A stretch of 63,650 bases of DNA, the filler included, from Octopus bimaculoides (Eukaryota): the NCBI RefSeq assembly GCF_001194135.2. It is 4 parts of 3 records of this genome, joined end to end, with 100 filler letters (N's around TTAATTAATTAA, not from the genome) between each part and the next. Parts side by side here need not be neighbours in the genome. Positions count along the whole stretch, not along the records: positions 1 to 31,016 come from NC_068987.1; 3 more parts are not named here. One strand, 5' to 3'. A program made the position numbers and the translations under genes. How positions within the stretch are numbered: position 1 is the first letter of the stretch; each line of letters begins with the position of its first letter. The notes below the pieces were generated by a model. That model was not told the DNA's origin. It saw nothing but the letters and a program-made list of their open reading frames with translations, and made no database searches. Positions 9,606-23,016 of the stretch are shown here, piece by piece.

Positions 9606-12600
9606 AAGATATGTATTTTTATTGAAGGTTTTTCTTTTTAACTTTAATATTGTACTCGTTTTTAACATGACCCTCAACGGTCAGAACTACCGATTTTTAT
9701 TTTATTTATTTTCTTTTTTCAAACGTGAACGTTTAATTAATATTTTAGAAAATTTACGTAGGTTTGGTGATGTTCTGATTTTAAATATCCCCATGATTCA
9801 CTTGTCATTGAAGATTCTAAGGTAGAACAAATAATTAAAATTATAGAACCCCAATCAGCTCAACTCTTTCATATGTGTAACGGTGTGACCTACTGTTCAG
9901 GCTGCTTATTTCATCACCATCATACCATGGGTTCAATTCCTGGATTGGCTGGTGCATTATTTTATGAAACAAAGCTGTTGAAATGAACCCTAGCCTATTA
10001 CTAGTGCTGCTCACTTTCCTTCCAGCTGTCGCATCTTGCACGCTCCACTTGGCCAAGGGTGCGCGGTCAAACAAGATGATCCTATCTACTGGCTAAGGGC
10101 TAAAACATTTAGAGATTATACAATATGTTACCAAGGTATAATCGCTGGCGAATGATTGCTCTATATTTCTTCATGTTGTATAAATTTGTAATCTTGGGAA
10201 AATACTTGAGCTATTTTGTGGAAAGGACTCCAATATTAGCATGCACCAAATTATAATAACTGTGCGGTTATCTTTGTTCTTCTATGCACATTTCTATCGT
10301 GATGGAACCAAGGCTCTATAATTAAAGACGCCACATTCGTGTATATACCCTCTATTCTTTAGACATCACATATCTGGAGCTACGTCAACCATTGTGTTTC
10401 CTTATCAACATTTACCTCAGCCACAGTTAAATTGTAGCCTGCGGGACATCCTGAATGGCATGCGTAACCAAATATAAACTTTCTGTTTAGTAATGCGACC
10501 CCACTCGTGACGAGCCGTATCGCATGAGGTTCCGCTCTCGAAACATGTTGCACATACGTGATTTAGACAGGTTTGGATAGGTAAAGTGGGTTTTGTGTGA
10601 GGTTCGGCGGCGGCAGTGACGTCGAGTGACGTCGACGTTCTCTTGCTGGTTTGACAATAGATGTACCTGAATAGATTCTTTCAGATACATTTTCGATAGA
10701 TACTATTTTATTTTACTCAACGTAATAGCATAGTACAGGAAACAACAATCGTTGTAAAACGCAATTCATGAAACACATAAATCCACGATTACTTAGCGAC
10801 GGTATAGCTTAGAGCTAAAATATGTTTATGGAATATGTTGTCCTGGAAAGAATTGTTATAATTATTATTCTGTAAATAATAGAATATTGCTTTCTCGATA
10901 GATTTTCATCTGTCGTATAAGTACTTCTATCTCGTATATAATGCACACTTAATTTTTTATATTATTTTATGTATTACGGTCCTACTTTTATATTTCGTTG
11001 AAATCCCTCAATTACCTGTGATTGTCCATGGTTTTACCAGACAAAATCCAGAACTGGATGTGCTTAAAATCTAAAAACTGTAAGAAGCAAAGGAGACAAC
11101 TTCAATACGATCTGAAAAAGGAAATTGATGGGCAATAATGACAGTGACATTGGAGTAAAGCTTGTCTTAATAATTAACAGGTAAAAGCATCGGGCATGTA
11201 CCGGTATTATAAGGTCTCTTAGTGATCTATATTCTACTCGGCTCTCATAATTTAGAAGCAAGCACTATATAGAGCAAAGATGTCAATTTGTTCTGAATTT
11301 CAATAATGCCACGGAAGGGAAATCATCAAAGTGCAGCGGTATAAAAACTTAATATAAACACATGTAATATGATGAGTTATTTCTAAACTCCTCACATGAC
11401 TCAAACATCTATTTAGTGTTTCATTGAGTATCTATGCGTTTCTTTATTTCGTAATTTACCAATTCATTGTACGCGTTTCATTAACTTTCATTAACTTATG
11501 TCTTTATTGTCTGCTCTTGGCTTAATTATCGTCTAAGTTATGTTTGTTTTTAATTATATTCATTTTGAAATGTAAGTAAAGTATTTGTCAGAGGACAAGT
11601 CGCAATTTCAAGCGGCGGAAAGTTTAACACCACATTATTAAAATAAATATGTAAGTGAAGTTGACGGTCTCTCTGAATGACTAACTTATGACTTCCACAC
11701 TGCAATTGCTTTGTTATAAACAAACGATTTCCCATCAAAACACTTACCATGGAAGAACATCTCCATTATTGTTCATTCTACCATTACCCTCCGAAGTATG
11801 CGGTCCATTTGATCATTTTTGTGCGGCTTCAATGACATATTAGATGTAATTTTTTCTGTCGAAATGAGTCACTGCGCTCTCGGTCAGATCTCACGTGCTT
11901 GTAAACGACATTATCAGTGATATCCCATAGTTTAGTTTGCACAAATTTAGAATAACGGTGCCGTTATCGTGGTTTTTGTTATCGACATGTCTAATTTAAT
12001 GAAACCAACGCTCTAAGATTGAAGAAGATTCTATAATTTTTCGGCATCATCTTTCTGGAACTATGGCATCCATTGTGTGCTCTTACAAACATCAAGATCA
12101 GTCATGGCCAAATTGAGGCACGCAGGACAAACTGATTCAATAAGAGAAAGTATCAACCCCAATAGTCGGAATATACTTTACCAGTCGAAGCCGGATGAAA
12201 TGAGAAACAACAAAGGTGATCTGAATACGATTTGATCTCAGAGCACAAGGCACCGGAACTGATACCGTAAAGTGTTTTATATGACACTGTAACGACTTTC
12301 ATCGTCGTAGCATAGTATTAGCGCGTTTTTGTTTATTTAATAATACTTCTGTCTTCATGGTTGCATCGATACGTTTTCTCTACTAAATCCGAGCTGTGTA
12401 TCAATGCTATGACACTTTATTACCTCTATCCATATACGCCATCATTTAACATGATGCGATATGTACTAACTCAGAAGGGATTTAAAGATGGAGTCTTGTG
12501 GAATATTCCTTTCCCCATGGGAGCTGGTTTTGTGTTTACAATTCACACGTTTCTTTGAATCTGTACAGATGTAACACATATACTCATGTCATGTTTGATG

Positions 12601-14619
12601 TACCTGCTTATTATTGGTAATGGCTTCTCTACAGCAATATTTTCAGAATATACGAGTGCCGAGACCTTCTAGTAATCAATCCAAATCATGCTAATGTTAT
12701 TCTTTCCTCTCCCACAGTTATCGGTCATGGCTTTATCGATCAGCTACTGATCGATAGATCCAAATTATGCCTTTTTAGAATTATCTCTGTTCTTCTGAAA
12801 AAAAAAAGAAAAAACATTGTTTCTCTTTCTTTCCGTGCAAATATCCTTTGAAATGAGTTTACCGTTTAGTTTCTTTTCTTCTTGTAAATTGTATAACAGA
12901 AATTCTAGAGCATCGAACAAATTACTATGCTACATTTACAGAGTTACACCTCTTTACTTTCTGAGTTCAAATTCCACATACATCTATTTTACGCAGTTTC
13001 CTCCAAAGATCGATAAAATAATTGCTTGGTCGATGTAAGCGACCTTATTGTTTACTGCAGTGACATAGCATGGACATATTTCATTACAGAAAACGAGTAA
13101 ATGAATAAAAGAAACCTGTTAAATATCTTAGCTAAATCTCTCACGCTCTAGTGTTTTCTATGTTTGCGTATTTCATTTTATCTAAATTATTTATTATTAT
13201 TTATTTTCACAAATATTCTGTTGTCACACATATTCAATTGAACATCATCTCCGGTGGCGCTTAGTATGTTTTCCATAACAGATACGCTATATCCTTCTAT
13301 CTCTTTTGCAAATAACTCTATACTTTGTTCTTTATTATTTTCATTTGGGGTTTAAGTCTTTGTAAAATCATTTATCTTTCATAGAGGCACTGTTTATTTG
13401 TCAAAGAAATTTTATCTCTTATCATAACAGTGGATTCATTGCGATATTGCGAGACCTTGTCTTAGCGCTCCTTGATTTAGCGAACATTATTTTGTGTTTC
13501 TAACGGTTGTTTTTCTCGCTTCATCTTTATTATGGTGGTTGTATTTTCGATCACATTAAGTATTAAGTGATATTTTTCTTTAACCTCTAATTTTATCTGC
13601 ACTTTGTCTTTCATTTATTTTCATTATTTTCTTTTGCAAATATTGTGACTTCTGCCTAGCAAGAAATGGAATAAAATGGTTTGCTGATCCAGTTTCAATG
13701 ATTGTGCATAGATTTTATTTCTGCTTAAACCTGACTTTACTGTGTCAGCTCTCTGAATAATGCTGTCTGAAATTATTTTATCGCTTAGAAAAAGAATGTA
13801 TGGGCTGAAGGGTCAACGATCGGTGAAGACCATGCTTGATATCACATTGTTAGCAAGAGTTATAATTTTCCACGCTTTCAAATTCTACAGATTTAATAGT
13901 CTTTAACATTGAGCATTTGAAAATGCTAGCAATAATTCATTTCTGTCCTAATGATCTGAATTTGCTGCTGAACTTTTCGGTTAGTGGTAGCAAGTTGGAG
14001 ACTAGAGTGAGTATGAACAATGCAAAGATTATATTATGCAAAGATTTATCATAGACACAAGGACTTATTTACTATGAAAGATATAAAAAAAAATAGTGTA
14101 TTGTTTCTTTTTGTGGTTTTACTACCCCTTCCCAAATATTTTGTTGCACACTAATAAATATTGCCAGGTGTATAAATTTCACGATGTGTACTTCTATGCA
14201 AATTGTTATTGCTCTTTCACAAGATATTATGATTTTTCGTAGTTTTGTGCAATCTTTTACTATTATATTCATCAAGTGAGTACAACATTATCCTTTGGAA
14301 GTATAGGCTGGTACGTGTATGCTATACAGGGATAAGTTTCTTATGGGATTTATTTTCCTGCCTCTAGAGTTGTTCTAGTGTTTCAACACTTTCTCGTGTA
14401 GAATATATATTGTATGAGATGTATTGTATTTCATAGTGCCGGGAAATTCTGGTGTAAAACGTGTGCTGCACAGATTATGAGAGTTGTGCTAGTGTCTGTT
14501 ATCTCAATTAACCATACTGTATCGTGTGTGCTTTAAATAATGCAACGTACGTTGGTGATATATGCAATTGAATTATAAATAGTTTCTTAGGATATATTTT
14601 GTGGTAATCTGGGGCCATT

Positions 14620-14870
14620 ATAGCGTTGTAAACACAGGGGCGGGACTTCTGTATTTGCATTTTCATTGAATGTCCTTTATTATAATTGTAACCCAATAAT
14701 GATGGTACCATACACCCCTATATCCTGCATATTTCTATTTCAAGATCCTTGTATATTCTTGGTTTAAACGTCTTTTTGTGATGTATTTGACTTTTATACT
14801 TTCTCACAGAAAGCCTCATATTACAATACGATGGGGCTTTCTATAACAAAAGCTCGCTCTTTCAATTAAG
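14620..14870 (-). mobile_element. Old R4/Dong-type LINE remnant (restriction-like endonuclease C-terminus)
   Basis: The minus strand encodes YKDLEIEICRI*G..VP.LLG. tacaaggatcttgaaatagaaat nearly matches tataaagatcttgaaatagaaat at about 50840. Confidence 0.5.
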
Positions 14871-15296
14871 TCTTAGGGCATTTTATTTTTAATTGTATTA
14901 TTGGTCTTCCAACTCTCTAACGGTTGTGCAATTATCTAAATCACTGCATTCAAATTCATTCTCTTTAAGGTTGCTCGTTATTTTTCGTTTATTTAAAGTG
15001 ATGTATATACTATTAACTTCATGTTTCCTTAAATAAATCAGTTTTATTATTACATCTACGTAGATCCATTCTCCTTTCAATATTATATTTCTATTTTTAC
15101 AGCAACCTCCAGCATTCGTTTATATTGGATAGATATGTTTTATCCTTTTGGTGTTTTCATAATATATGCTCTAATTTAATATTTTCTTCTCTTTATGCTA
15201 TTCGAATTACTAAAACTCGTAGATGACAATCTGTTTTTCTACCTGCGTTACTATTCATGTAATTATCTTAATATTTCTTCATATTATATAATGTTA

Positions 15297-15510
15297 GTAA
15301 GGTGGTGAGCTGGCAGAATTGTTAGCATGCTGGGAAACATGCTTAACGGCATTTTGTCCGTCATTTTGTTCTGGATTCAAATTCCATCGAGGTCGACTTT
15401 GATTTTCATCCGTCAGGGTCCGATAACATATGTAATAATTAGCACTGAAATCGTTGCAATCGAATTATCCTCTCTCCCCGAAATAGCTGGGCCGGTGCCA
15501 AAATTTTAAA
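15297..15510 (+). mobile_element. SINE family A
   Basis: gagctggcagaattgttagc..ttcaaattcc..gaggtcgactttgattttcatcc..ccccgaaatagctgggccggtgccaaaatt. Confidence 0.8.
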
Positions 15511-16029
15511 TCAGTATTGTATAATATTTTTATGAATATTATTATGGTGAGAGAAATGCGGAATTTTAAATGTATCTACGTGTTATTTTGTCCTTCCGAT
15601 TTCAAATCCAACACTCTTTGCATGTTTAACTGCTCAGAGTTGATAAGCTAATTCTCCTCAGTTACGAAGAAAACAGCTTGAATGAGTTTCTGACGGGTTT
15701 CAATATGCCCCAAGAATATTTCAAATTATAAATACCTTGCATTTATACACATCACTACTTAGCTATCCCGATTAGTGGTACCATGCATAGTATAATAATG
15801 ATAATATCATAAGAGAGACAATCTTTCTTATAAGCTCACAACGCACCCAGTCTGGTTTTTTGTGGCTGCAGAGGAGATAACCACTCCGAAATAATTGCAT
15901 CACACAACCTGGGTAAGTAGTGATGCGAGCTGATCCTGGTGTATTTGACAAAATAGAGTGAATCGCTTTCATACCGGTTCGAATATTTATCAAGTATACT
16001 TGAACTGGTAATAACCTTATGTGTATATA

Positions 16030-17281
16030 TTGGGTCAGCCCATAAATAATGCGGGTTTTTTTTATAGTTCTTTTATTATTTTTAAATTAAGATATACAAA
16101 TATACTCTCCTTCATTTTCTACAATGCTCTTCTATCTATTCGCTGGACCTGCAGGGCTCCTCTTCCAAAATTCACTTGTCCGTGGCAAAACATTCTCCTC
16201 CAGTACCGGTCTGACCTCGTCAACAGGATTCATATTTTTTTCCGTCCAAACAATTTTAGAGGCTCCGGAATAAATGATAATCAGATGAGGCAATGTCTGG
16301 CGAATATGGTGGGCTGGGCATCGTTTCCCATTCGAACTACTCCAGTCTTTAAGCTGCATGTGGCCAAGCATTAGCTTGATGGAAGAACACCTTTGGTTTG
16401 AAACCGAAGATGGTCCTTTATCTTCAAATGCTGACTTAAGCCACTGAGGCTGCTTAGAGAAGATCTCCTTTAATATCGTTTGGTTTGGGTTTAAAAATTC
16501 TAAGTGGACTAAACCATTCATATTCCTCTAAACAACAACGCCATACGTAGGTGCCGCTGTTTCTCCTTTCCCTACCCACTGTCTTCGGCGCTTGACATGT
16601 TTATAGAGAACTCATTTCCCGTCAGAAGTCACTATATAGTCCCAAAAAAGTACTTTCGTGAGACTTGACTGCAAAGAAGAACACACATTCATTCTCTGCG
16701 CACGATTAAACTCGAAAGATCTGTGAAGAACACATTGATCCAATTTGCTGATATTCCGACGATATCCAGGTGTCAATGAATGGTTGAATGACCATATCCA
16801 AGCATCTCTCCTAGTTCCTCAACAGTTAGGATGGTATTTGTTTCACCAGTATTTGCAGAACGTCCTCGTCGAGCTCTACATATCTTCCAGGACGTAGCTC
16901 GTCTTCTAGACTATAGTTTCCAGCTCGGAATTTCTGGAACCACCGTTGACACTTGCTTACGCTTATTGTCCGATCTGCATTAATTGTCCGATACTGCATT
17001 GTCTGATATTGAATTAATATTCCTCGCACTGCCCGTTCTGATAATACCTTTATTGAACTCATAAAGCAAAAAATGCCGAATATCCTCCTTTGTCACTTCC
17101 ATTATAGCTTTGAAAAAATAACTGCTAAAATCGAACTGCCCTCTTTGAAACGTGCACTAAAAATAAGTACAAGGTAAAATTGCTACCTGATTTTATAAGA
17201 AGTTCATGCAAGTAGTCTATCTCGCCCCACTCCGACTTTTAGTTTATGCAATTTCAAAAAACGCATTATTTATGGGATGGC

Positions 17282-17285
<4 letters not shown>
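16030..17285 (-). mobile_element. Full-length mariner fossil (about 1.26 kb) with TIRs and TA target duplication
   Basis: TIR ttgggtcagcccataaataatgcg at 16030 and cgcattatttatgggatggcccaa ending at 17285, each flanked by TA. The minus strand encodes the HTH (CQRWFQKFRAGNYSLEDELRPGR) and the catalytic region (MNGLVHLEFL..FHQANARPH..PPYSPDIASSDYHLFRSL), with stops and frameshifts. Confidence 0.92.
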
Positions 17286-17315
<30 letters not shown>

Positions 17316-17384
17316 ATGGGCGTGTCTTAGTTTCTACCAAATCACTCACAATGCTTTAGTAGTTCTGAGGATAGAGTACAAGAC

Positions 17385-17465
17385 AGAATGCAGCTGCCCA
17401 AGGCTTCGCATAGGGGAAGCGAACACGAAACCATGTGGTTGGGAAGCAAACTTTTTCCGATGCGC
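17385..17465 (-). mobile_element. SINE family B head fragment
   Basis: tgcccaagg...gaacacgaaaccatgtggttgggaagcaaact. Confidence 0.6.
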
Positions 17466-18689
17466 CTATATGTGTGTAGCTGTAGATATAAATGCATGCA
17501 TATACATACATACATACATACATATGACTATATATGTATATATATATATATGAATTAGTTACAATGTCTACTGACGAAAGTCCTGAGGCATTAAAATTAT
17601 GACAAGGCTAATTTGATTCACCTGACATATCGTGATGTAGCATACTGCAAACTAAGATGATTTTATTAAAATTAAAGATAGTAAATAGCTCTCAGTAGAA
17701 TATCTTGAAACTGACCACAGTAACGTTGAGAAAAAGTGGAATTTACATCACTATTATTAAATAATGAATGACATTTCACCTTCACCTCTAATACTGCATA
17801 TAATGCCTGAACAAAGCACACTTCAGTTGTTGTTATTTTTCTTGTTATTAAATATGTCAAATTTTCGAGTTCCCTCAATCTACTTAACACCACATGTACA
17901 ATCGTGTCCCTGAGGCTTGTGAACAGTATTGTGATTTGTCAGTGTGGGATTTATAGTGTTTGTATGCTGCATCTCTTTTGCTTTCTTTACGATCGGTCTC
18001 CTTGTTTCTGTTAATAATTCGTTTCATTTTTAGCTAAAGCAAAGTAGATGCAATTTAAGCCGTGTTTTTGTTGCATTGCGTTTAATTCAGACGTACCGTC
18101 TGACTTATAGTGACTGTTACAGTACAGAGTCGGATGGTTATTTGATAGAGTAAATGTTCTTTCCATTGTGTTCTTTCGGTTGTTTTATACTATTTTGATA
18201 GCAATTGTATAAAATATGAGATGTACATTTTCATTGCCGTGATTTCTTTTATTTTATACTAACAGGTTTAAGATATGTCAGAGTGTGCGTTGTGTCTATA
18301 GAATTAGACAGCGATTATGTATGTTCAGTGTGGGTTGTCTTGGCGCAGTGTGTGGTAATTATGAAGAATCTGTTGCGTAATCTGTGCAAATATGATAACG
18401 TGTGAGTTATGATATGGGACTGATACAGAATGAACCTAGCGTAGTAAGGTTTGTTGGGTATTTTCTCATTTATGCACACAATGTTCTTTATGATCAAAGA
18501 TATTCTGTACATGGCCATCCGCACTGTATATCACCCGATGTGTATTACCTTGTTTAAATCTGAAGGACATGATTTGTCGACGATTTGGCAGCATATAGAG
18601 ACTTAATCACTGTGAACTGCGGTGAACGTTAACATAATCTACACAAGTTTGAAACACAGTCACAAATGCAAGTTATAGTATACAGGATC

Positions 18690-19075
18690 AATGTTAACCT
18701 ACACAATATGTAGACTCCACGGTGACCAGCAATCCATAACAAGTATAGTCTACGAGATCTCTACCCACGCAACACAAACTACACAATATTTACACAGAGA
18801 TCACAGCCTACACAATCACCACAAACAACAGTCCAGTCTACCAGTTTACACATCATCAGCAAACCTCCTCGAATCACAGTATACACAATTACAAGGAAAA
18901 TCTCATACAAGACATAGTGTACACAATCATCACCACACGTAACGCGTAGTCTATTCAGTAATCCTCAATATCCTCATACAACACATAGTCGTCATTGTAA
19001 CCTTCAACGTCCTCACACAACATACTAGCTACGAAATCACCATCAACGCCTCTCAGAACAATGCACATAATTACC
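18690..19075. repeat. Degenerate minisatellite of about 40 bp (acaacacatagtctacacaatcacc-like)
   Basis: Recurring acatagtc/tagtct..acaatcacc motifs in a C/A-skewed stretch. Confidence 0.45.
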
Positions 19076-19399
19076 AAACTAGGTGACAGAGCACAAAGGC
19101 AACCCGCTACTACATCATGAATGACAAAATATATACTTGTCGTTTTATATGGCAGCTATTTCTAGGAAAGGTTTCGAATGTGCAGGTGAGCTTTATTCGT
19201 TAGTATGATGTCGATGTTGCTTACACTCAAGTGATCACAAGATCGTGCAGACTTACTTTCTAAAGTGTTTGAGACGTGACAATCCTGTGTTGTGATGGAT
19301 GGTATTATTTAGCGCTATGGATTGTGGATTGTTTTATAACATTGGTTAGTAACTATTTTGGGAAAAGAAGTTATGGCAATAATTCAGGGCGCGTAAAGA

Positions 19400-19612
19400 C
19401 AGCCAGGTGGTGGATCGTTAGCACGCGGGGCGAAATGCTTAGCGGTATTTTGTCTGTCTTCGTGTTTTGAGTACAAATACCGCCGAGGCCAAGTTCACCT
19501 TTCATCCTTTCGGGGTCGATAAAATAAATACCTGTAAAGTACTGAAGTTGATGTAATCGACTTAACCAATGCCCCGAAATTGCTGGATTTGTGCCAAAAT
19601 TTGAAATCAATA
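19400..19612 (+). mobile_element. SINE family A, CpG-rich copy
   Basis: gatcgttagcacgcggggcgaaatgcttagcggtatt..cctttcatcctttcggggtcgataaaataaatacc. Confidence 0.85.
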
Positions 19613-20819
19613 GTTTGGGGCACGTATTGTTTCCATATATAATTGCATGGTAGGCGTATAAGGAAAGTGACTGTGATATATTACTGGGTAGCAATTATTT
19701 ATAAGGTGTTGTGCTTATTGCATTTTGTTATTGGATAATTGTATTTCGGATGTGATGTCTTATAGGTTGTGCCATAATAATTGAGGATGATTATTTAGAC
19801 CATTTCTGAAATGTTATGCTACAAGTAGGTACCTAAATTTACTGCAGATATTTTTTGTCTAATTAAAAGCTTCAGCGTCATCAAAAATATTATTCTTAAT
19901 TTTTCTAGCTACTACTATACTAAATAAAACAAATTAGATAATTTTTGAATTATGCAATAGAGGCAGCTTTGTAGTAAATATTTTATCAATATAACATACT
20001 TAATATATCTGCTTAATTAAAAAACCGAAAGCTGCAGTTTACGTTAAGGAAAATTCCTCTTATTGACAAGTAACTCAGTATGTTTATAAGGAGAGTATGT
20101 TTTCTCGAAGTGAAAAGCGCGGGTCCTGGCTTTTCAACATTAGGTACGGTATATGGATAAAGGTAAATACTAGTTATTCCGTATTTTACAGAATTTTTAC
20201 CCTATGACATTTATCATTATTGTGCCATGAAGTAAACTAACATATGAGAACGAATGGTTTAGAGTGTGTGCTATTGTATTTTGAGGGTGTGTTATATAAA
20301 TAGTGATATTGAGTAACATATATGTTGTATTGTAATATTTGGTAGATAATGTTAGAAAAATGCGCTGTGTAGTTTGCAGTATGAAGTTATGCATCTATGT
20401 TTTTCGGGTTTATCACAGTACAGAGGCATTTGTGCCGCTTCTTAATAATTATATGTCGTGTGTTTACCTCCATCTGCTTTTCCTTCCGACATGCATGTTG
20501 CCAATGATTGTACGAAGAATGCCATTATGGTATATATTGATATCATATCATATCTGTTTAAATGTTGACGTGTCACCGCAATTCCCATTACAATAATTTG
20601 CCAACTTGATCGTGAGACTATAAGTTCTTAGCTTATATTGCCGTGCAAAACAACAGCAGCCAAAAACAATGAGTCTGTTGTCTCATTATACTGTCTGCCT
20701 AGATTTGTACATGGTATTAACAATCACAGGTCACTATTAGTTTATATAATTATAACTGGATATGTATCGATCTATTGCTGCTAAGAGGAAATCTCGCCAA
20801 CATTTAAATAATCATTGCA

Positions 20820-21250
20820 TATTGGTTTCAAATTTTGGTACAAGGTCAGCAATTTCGGAGGAGGAGGTAAGTCGATAATATCGACCCCAGTGCTCAACTG
20901 GAACTTAAAGAATAAAAGGCAATGTCAACCTCAGTGGAATTTGAACTAAGAACGGAAAGACGGACTAAATGCCGCTAAGCTGTTTGCCCAACATGCTAAC
21001 GACTCTGCCTGCTCGCCGCCTGAAATTAATTTCAAAGTTTGGAACAAGGCCAGCAATTTCGACAAGGGGCTAAGTCAATTGCATGGATTCTAGTCCTGTG
21101 CTCGGAGCTGGTACTTACTTTATCCACCCGAAAATGATTAAAGACGAGGTAGTTCTCGGCGAAATTTGAACTCAAAATGGAAACACGGCTAAGCATTTGC
21201 CGCTAAGCATTTCACTCGGCGTGATAACTATTCTGCTACATCGCCATTTT
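20820..21250 (-). mobile_element. Two tandem SINE family A copies (20820-21022 and 21023-21250)
   Basis: Two successive units, each running tttcaaa..ttgg.acaagg.cagcaatttcg to atttgaact to ccgctaagc to ctaac. Confidence 0.8.
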
Positions 21251-21443
21251 AAATTAGCATGAAATATTAAGGTGATAACTTTAAAGCAACAACTAGTTAA
21301 CACAAATGAAAGCACTAAGTTATTTTCTACATTAATCATCATGCATACACACACACACGCATACATATATATACACATACGTACATATATGCACACATAC
21401 ATACTTACTTATAAACACACATACATACATACATACATACACC

Positions 21444-21560
<117 letters not shown>

Positions 21561-22932
21561 GAGAAGTAGTAGACAAGTATATAATGATTTGTTGATAAAC
21601 TAAGTAGGTATCTTCGTTTTATATTGTGTTATAACCAACTTACACATGTAATACAATATTTCAGTACAACTTTTGATACAGTAAATTAACTTGCAAATTA
21701 GATCGCAGCGAAAACATAGAACACATGGAATAACTAATATTAAATAAATAGTATAGCTACTAAAGCGGATTTCGATACCAAGAGTAACATTTATATAATT
21801 CTATAAATTCAATCATTATAGCGGAGGAAATGTTTGGCGGAAAACTTATAATCTTCTTTCTACGTTTATAACACAGGAATAGAAAATATTATATTTATGT
21901 GAAAATGTATATCATACACACCACACGTACTTCTCTCATCAAGTCTGTCTCAACGGTATCGCCTGACTTGCTACAAGTGACAGTTACGTTTTGTTTCAGT
22001 TACACCCAACACTCTTGATAAAGCTCTAAAATATCTGTAAACGAACAGATAGTTACAACTCGTATGCATTTAACCCAGTGTATCCTAGGGCGAAAAAGCA
22101 ACCATATGCTTCTATGATAAAAATGAATCGTATACTATTATAGTCGTTTCAAATAGAATGACCACGTAGAAAGTTTTGTGAATACATTTGAAAACGTCTA
22201 TTTGTGATGGCCCCGTTCTACATCACATATGTCACTGTTTATGGCCACACATTATAGCCAATGAGCTTCTAAAGTTTTGTTCAAGATATATATATATATA
22301 TNNNNNNNNNNNNNNNNNNNNNNNNNNNNNNNNNNNNNNNNNNNNNNNNNNNNNNNNNNNNNNNNNNNNNNNNNNNNNNNNNNNNNNNNNNNNNNNNNNN
22401 NNNNNNNNNNNNNNNNNNNNNNNNNNNNNNNNNNNNNNNNNNNNNNNNNNNNNNNNNNNNNNNNNNNNNNNNNNNNNNNNNNNNNNNNNNNNNNNNNNNN
22501 NNNNNNNNNNNNNNNNNNNNNNNNNNNNNNNNNNNNNNNNNNNNNNNNNNNNNNNNNNNNNNNNNNNNNNNNNNNNNNNNNNNNNNNNNNNNNNNNNNNN
22601 NNNNNNNNNNNNNNNNNNNNNNNNNNNNNNNNNNNNNNNNNNNNNNNNNNNNNNNNNNNNNNNNNNNNNNNNNNNNNNNNNNNNNNNNNNNNNNNNNNNN
22701 NNNNNNNNNNNNNNNNNNNNNNNNNNNNNNNNNNNNNNNNNNNNNNNNNNNNNNNNNNNNNNNNNNNNNNNNNNNNNNNNNNNNNNNNNNNNNNNNNNNN
22801 NNNNNNNNNNNNNNNNNNNNNNNNNNNNNNNNNNNNNNNNNNNNNNNNNNNNNNNNNNNNNNNNNNNNNNNNNNNNNNNNNNNNNNNNNNNNNNNNNNNN
22901 NNNNNNNNNNNNNNNNNNNNNNNNNNNNNNNN

Positions 22933-23016
<84 letters not shown>

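Noticed and set aside
12721-12790. Possible ITPK1 exon IGHGFIDQLLIDRSKLCLFRII after a good acceptor (resembles LLDRSK)
   Set aside because: The similarity comes from a DNA palindrome (atcgatcag-cta-ctgatcgat). The LDP context is missing and no donor follows.
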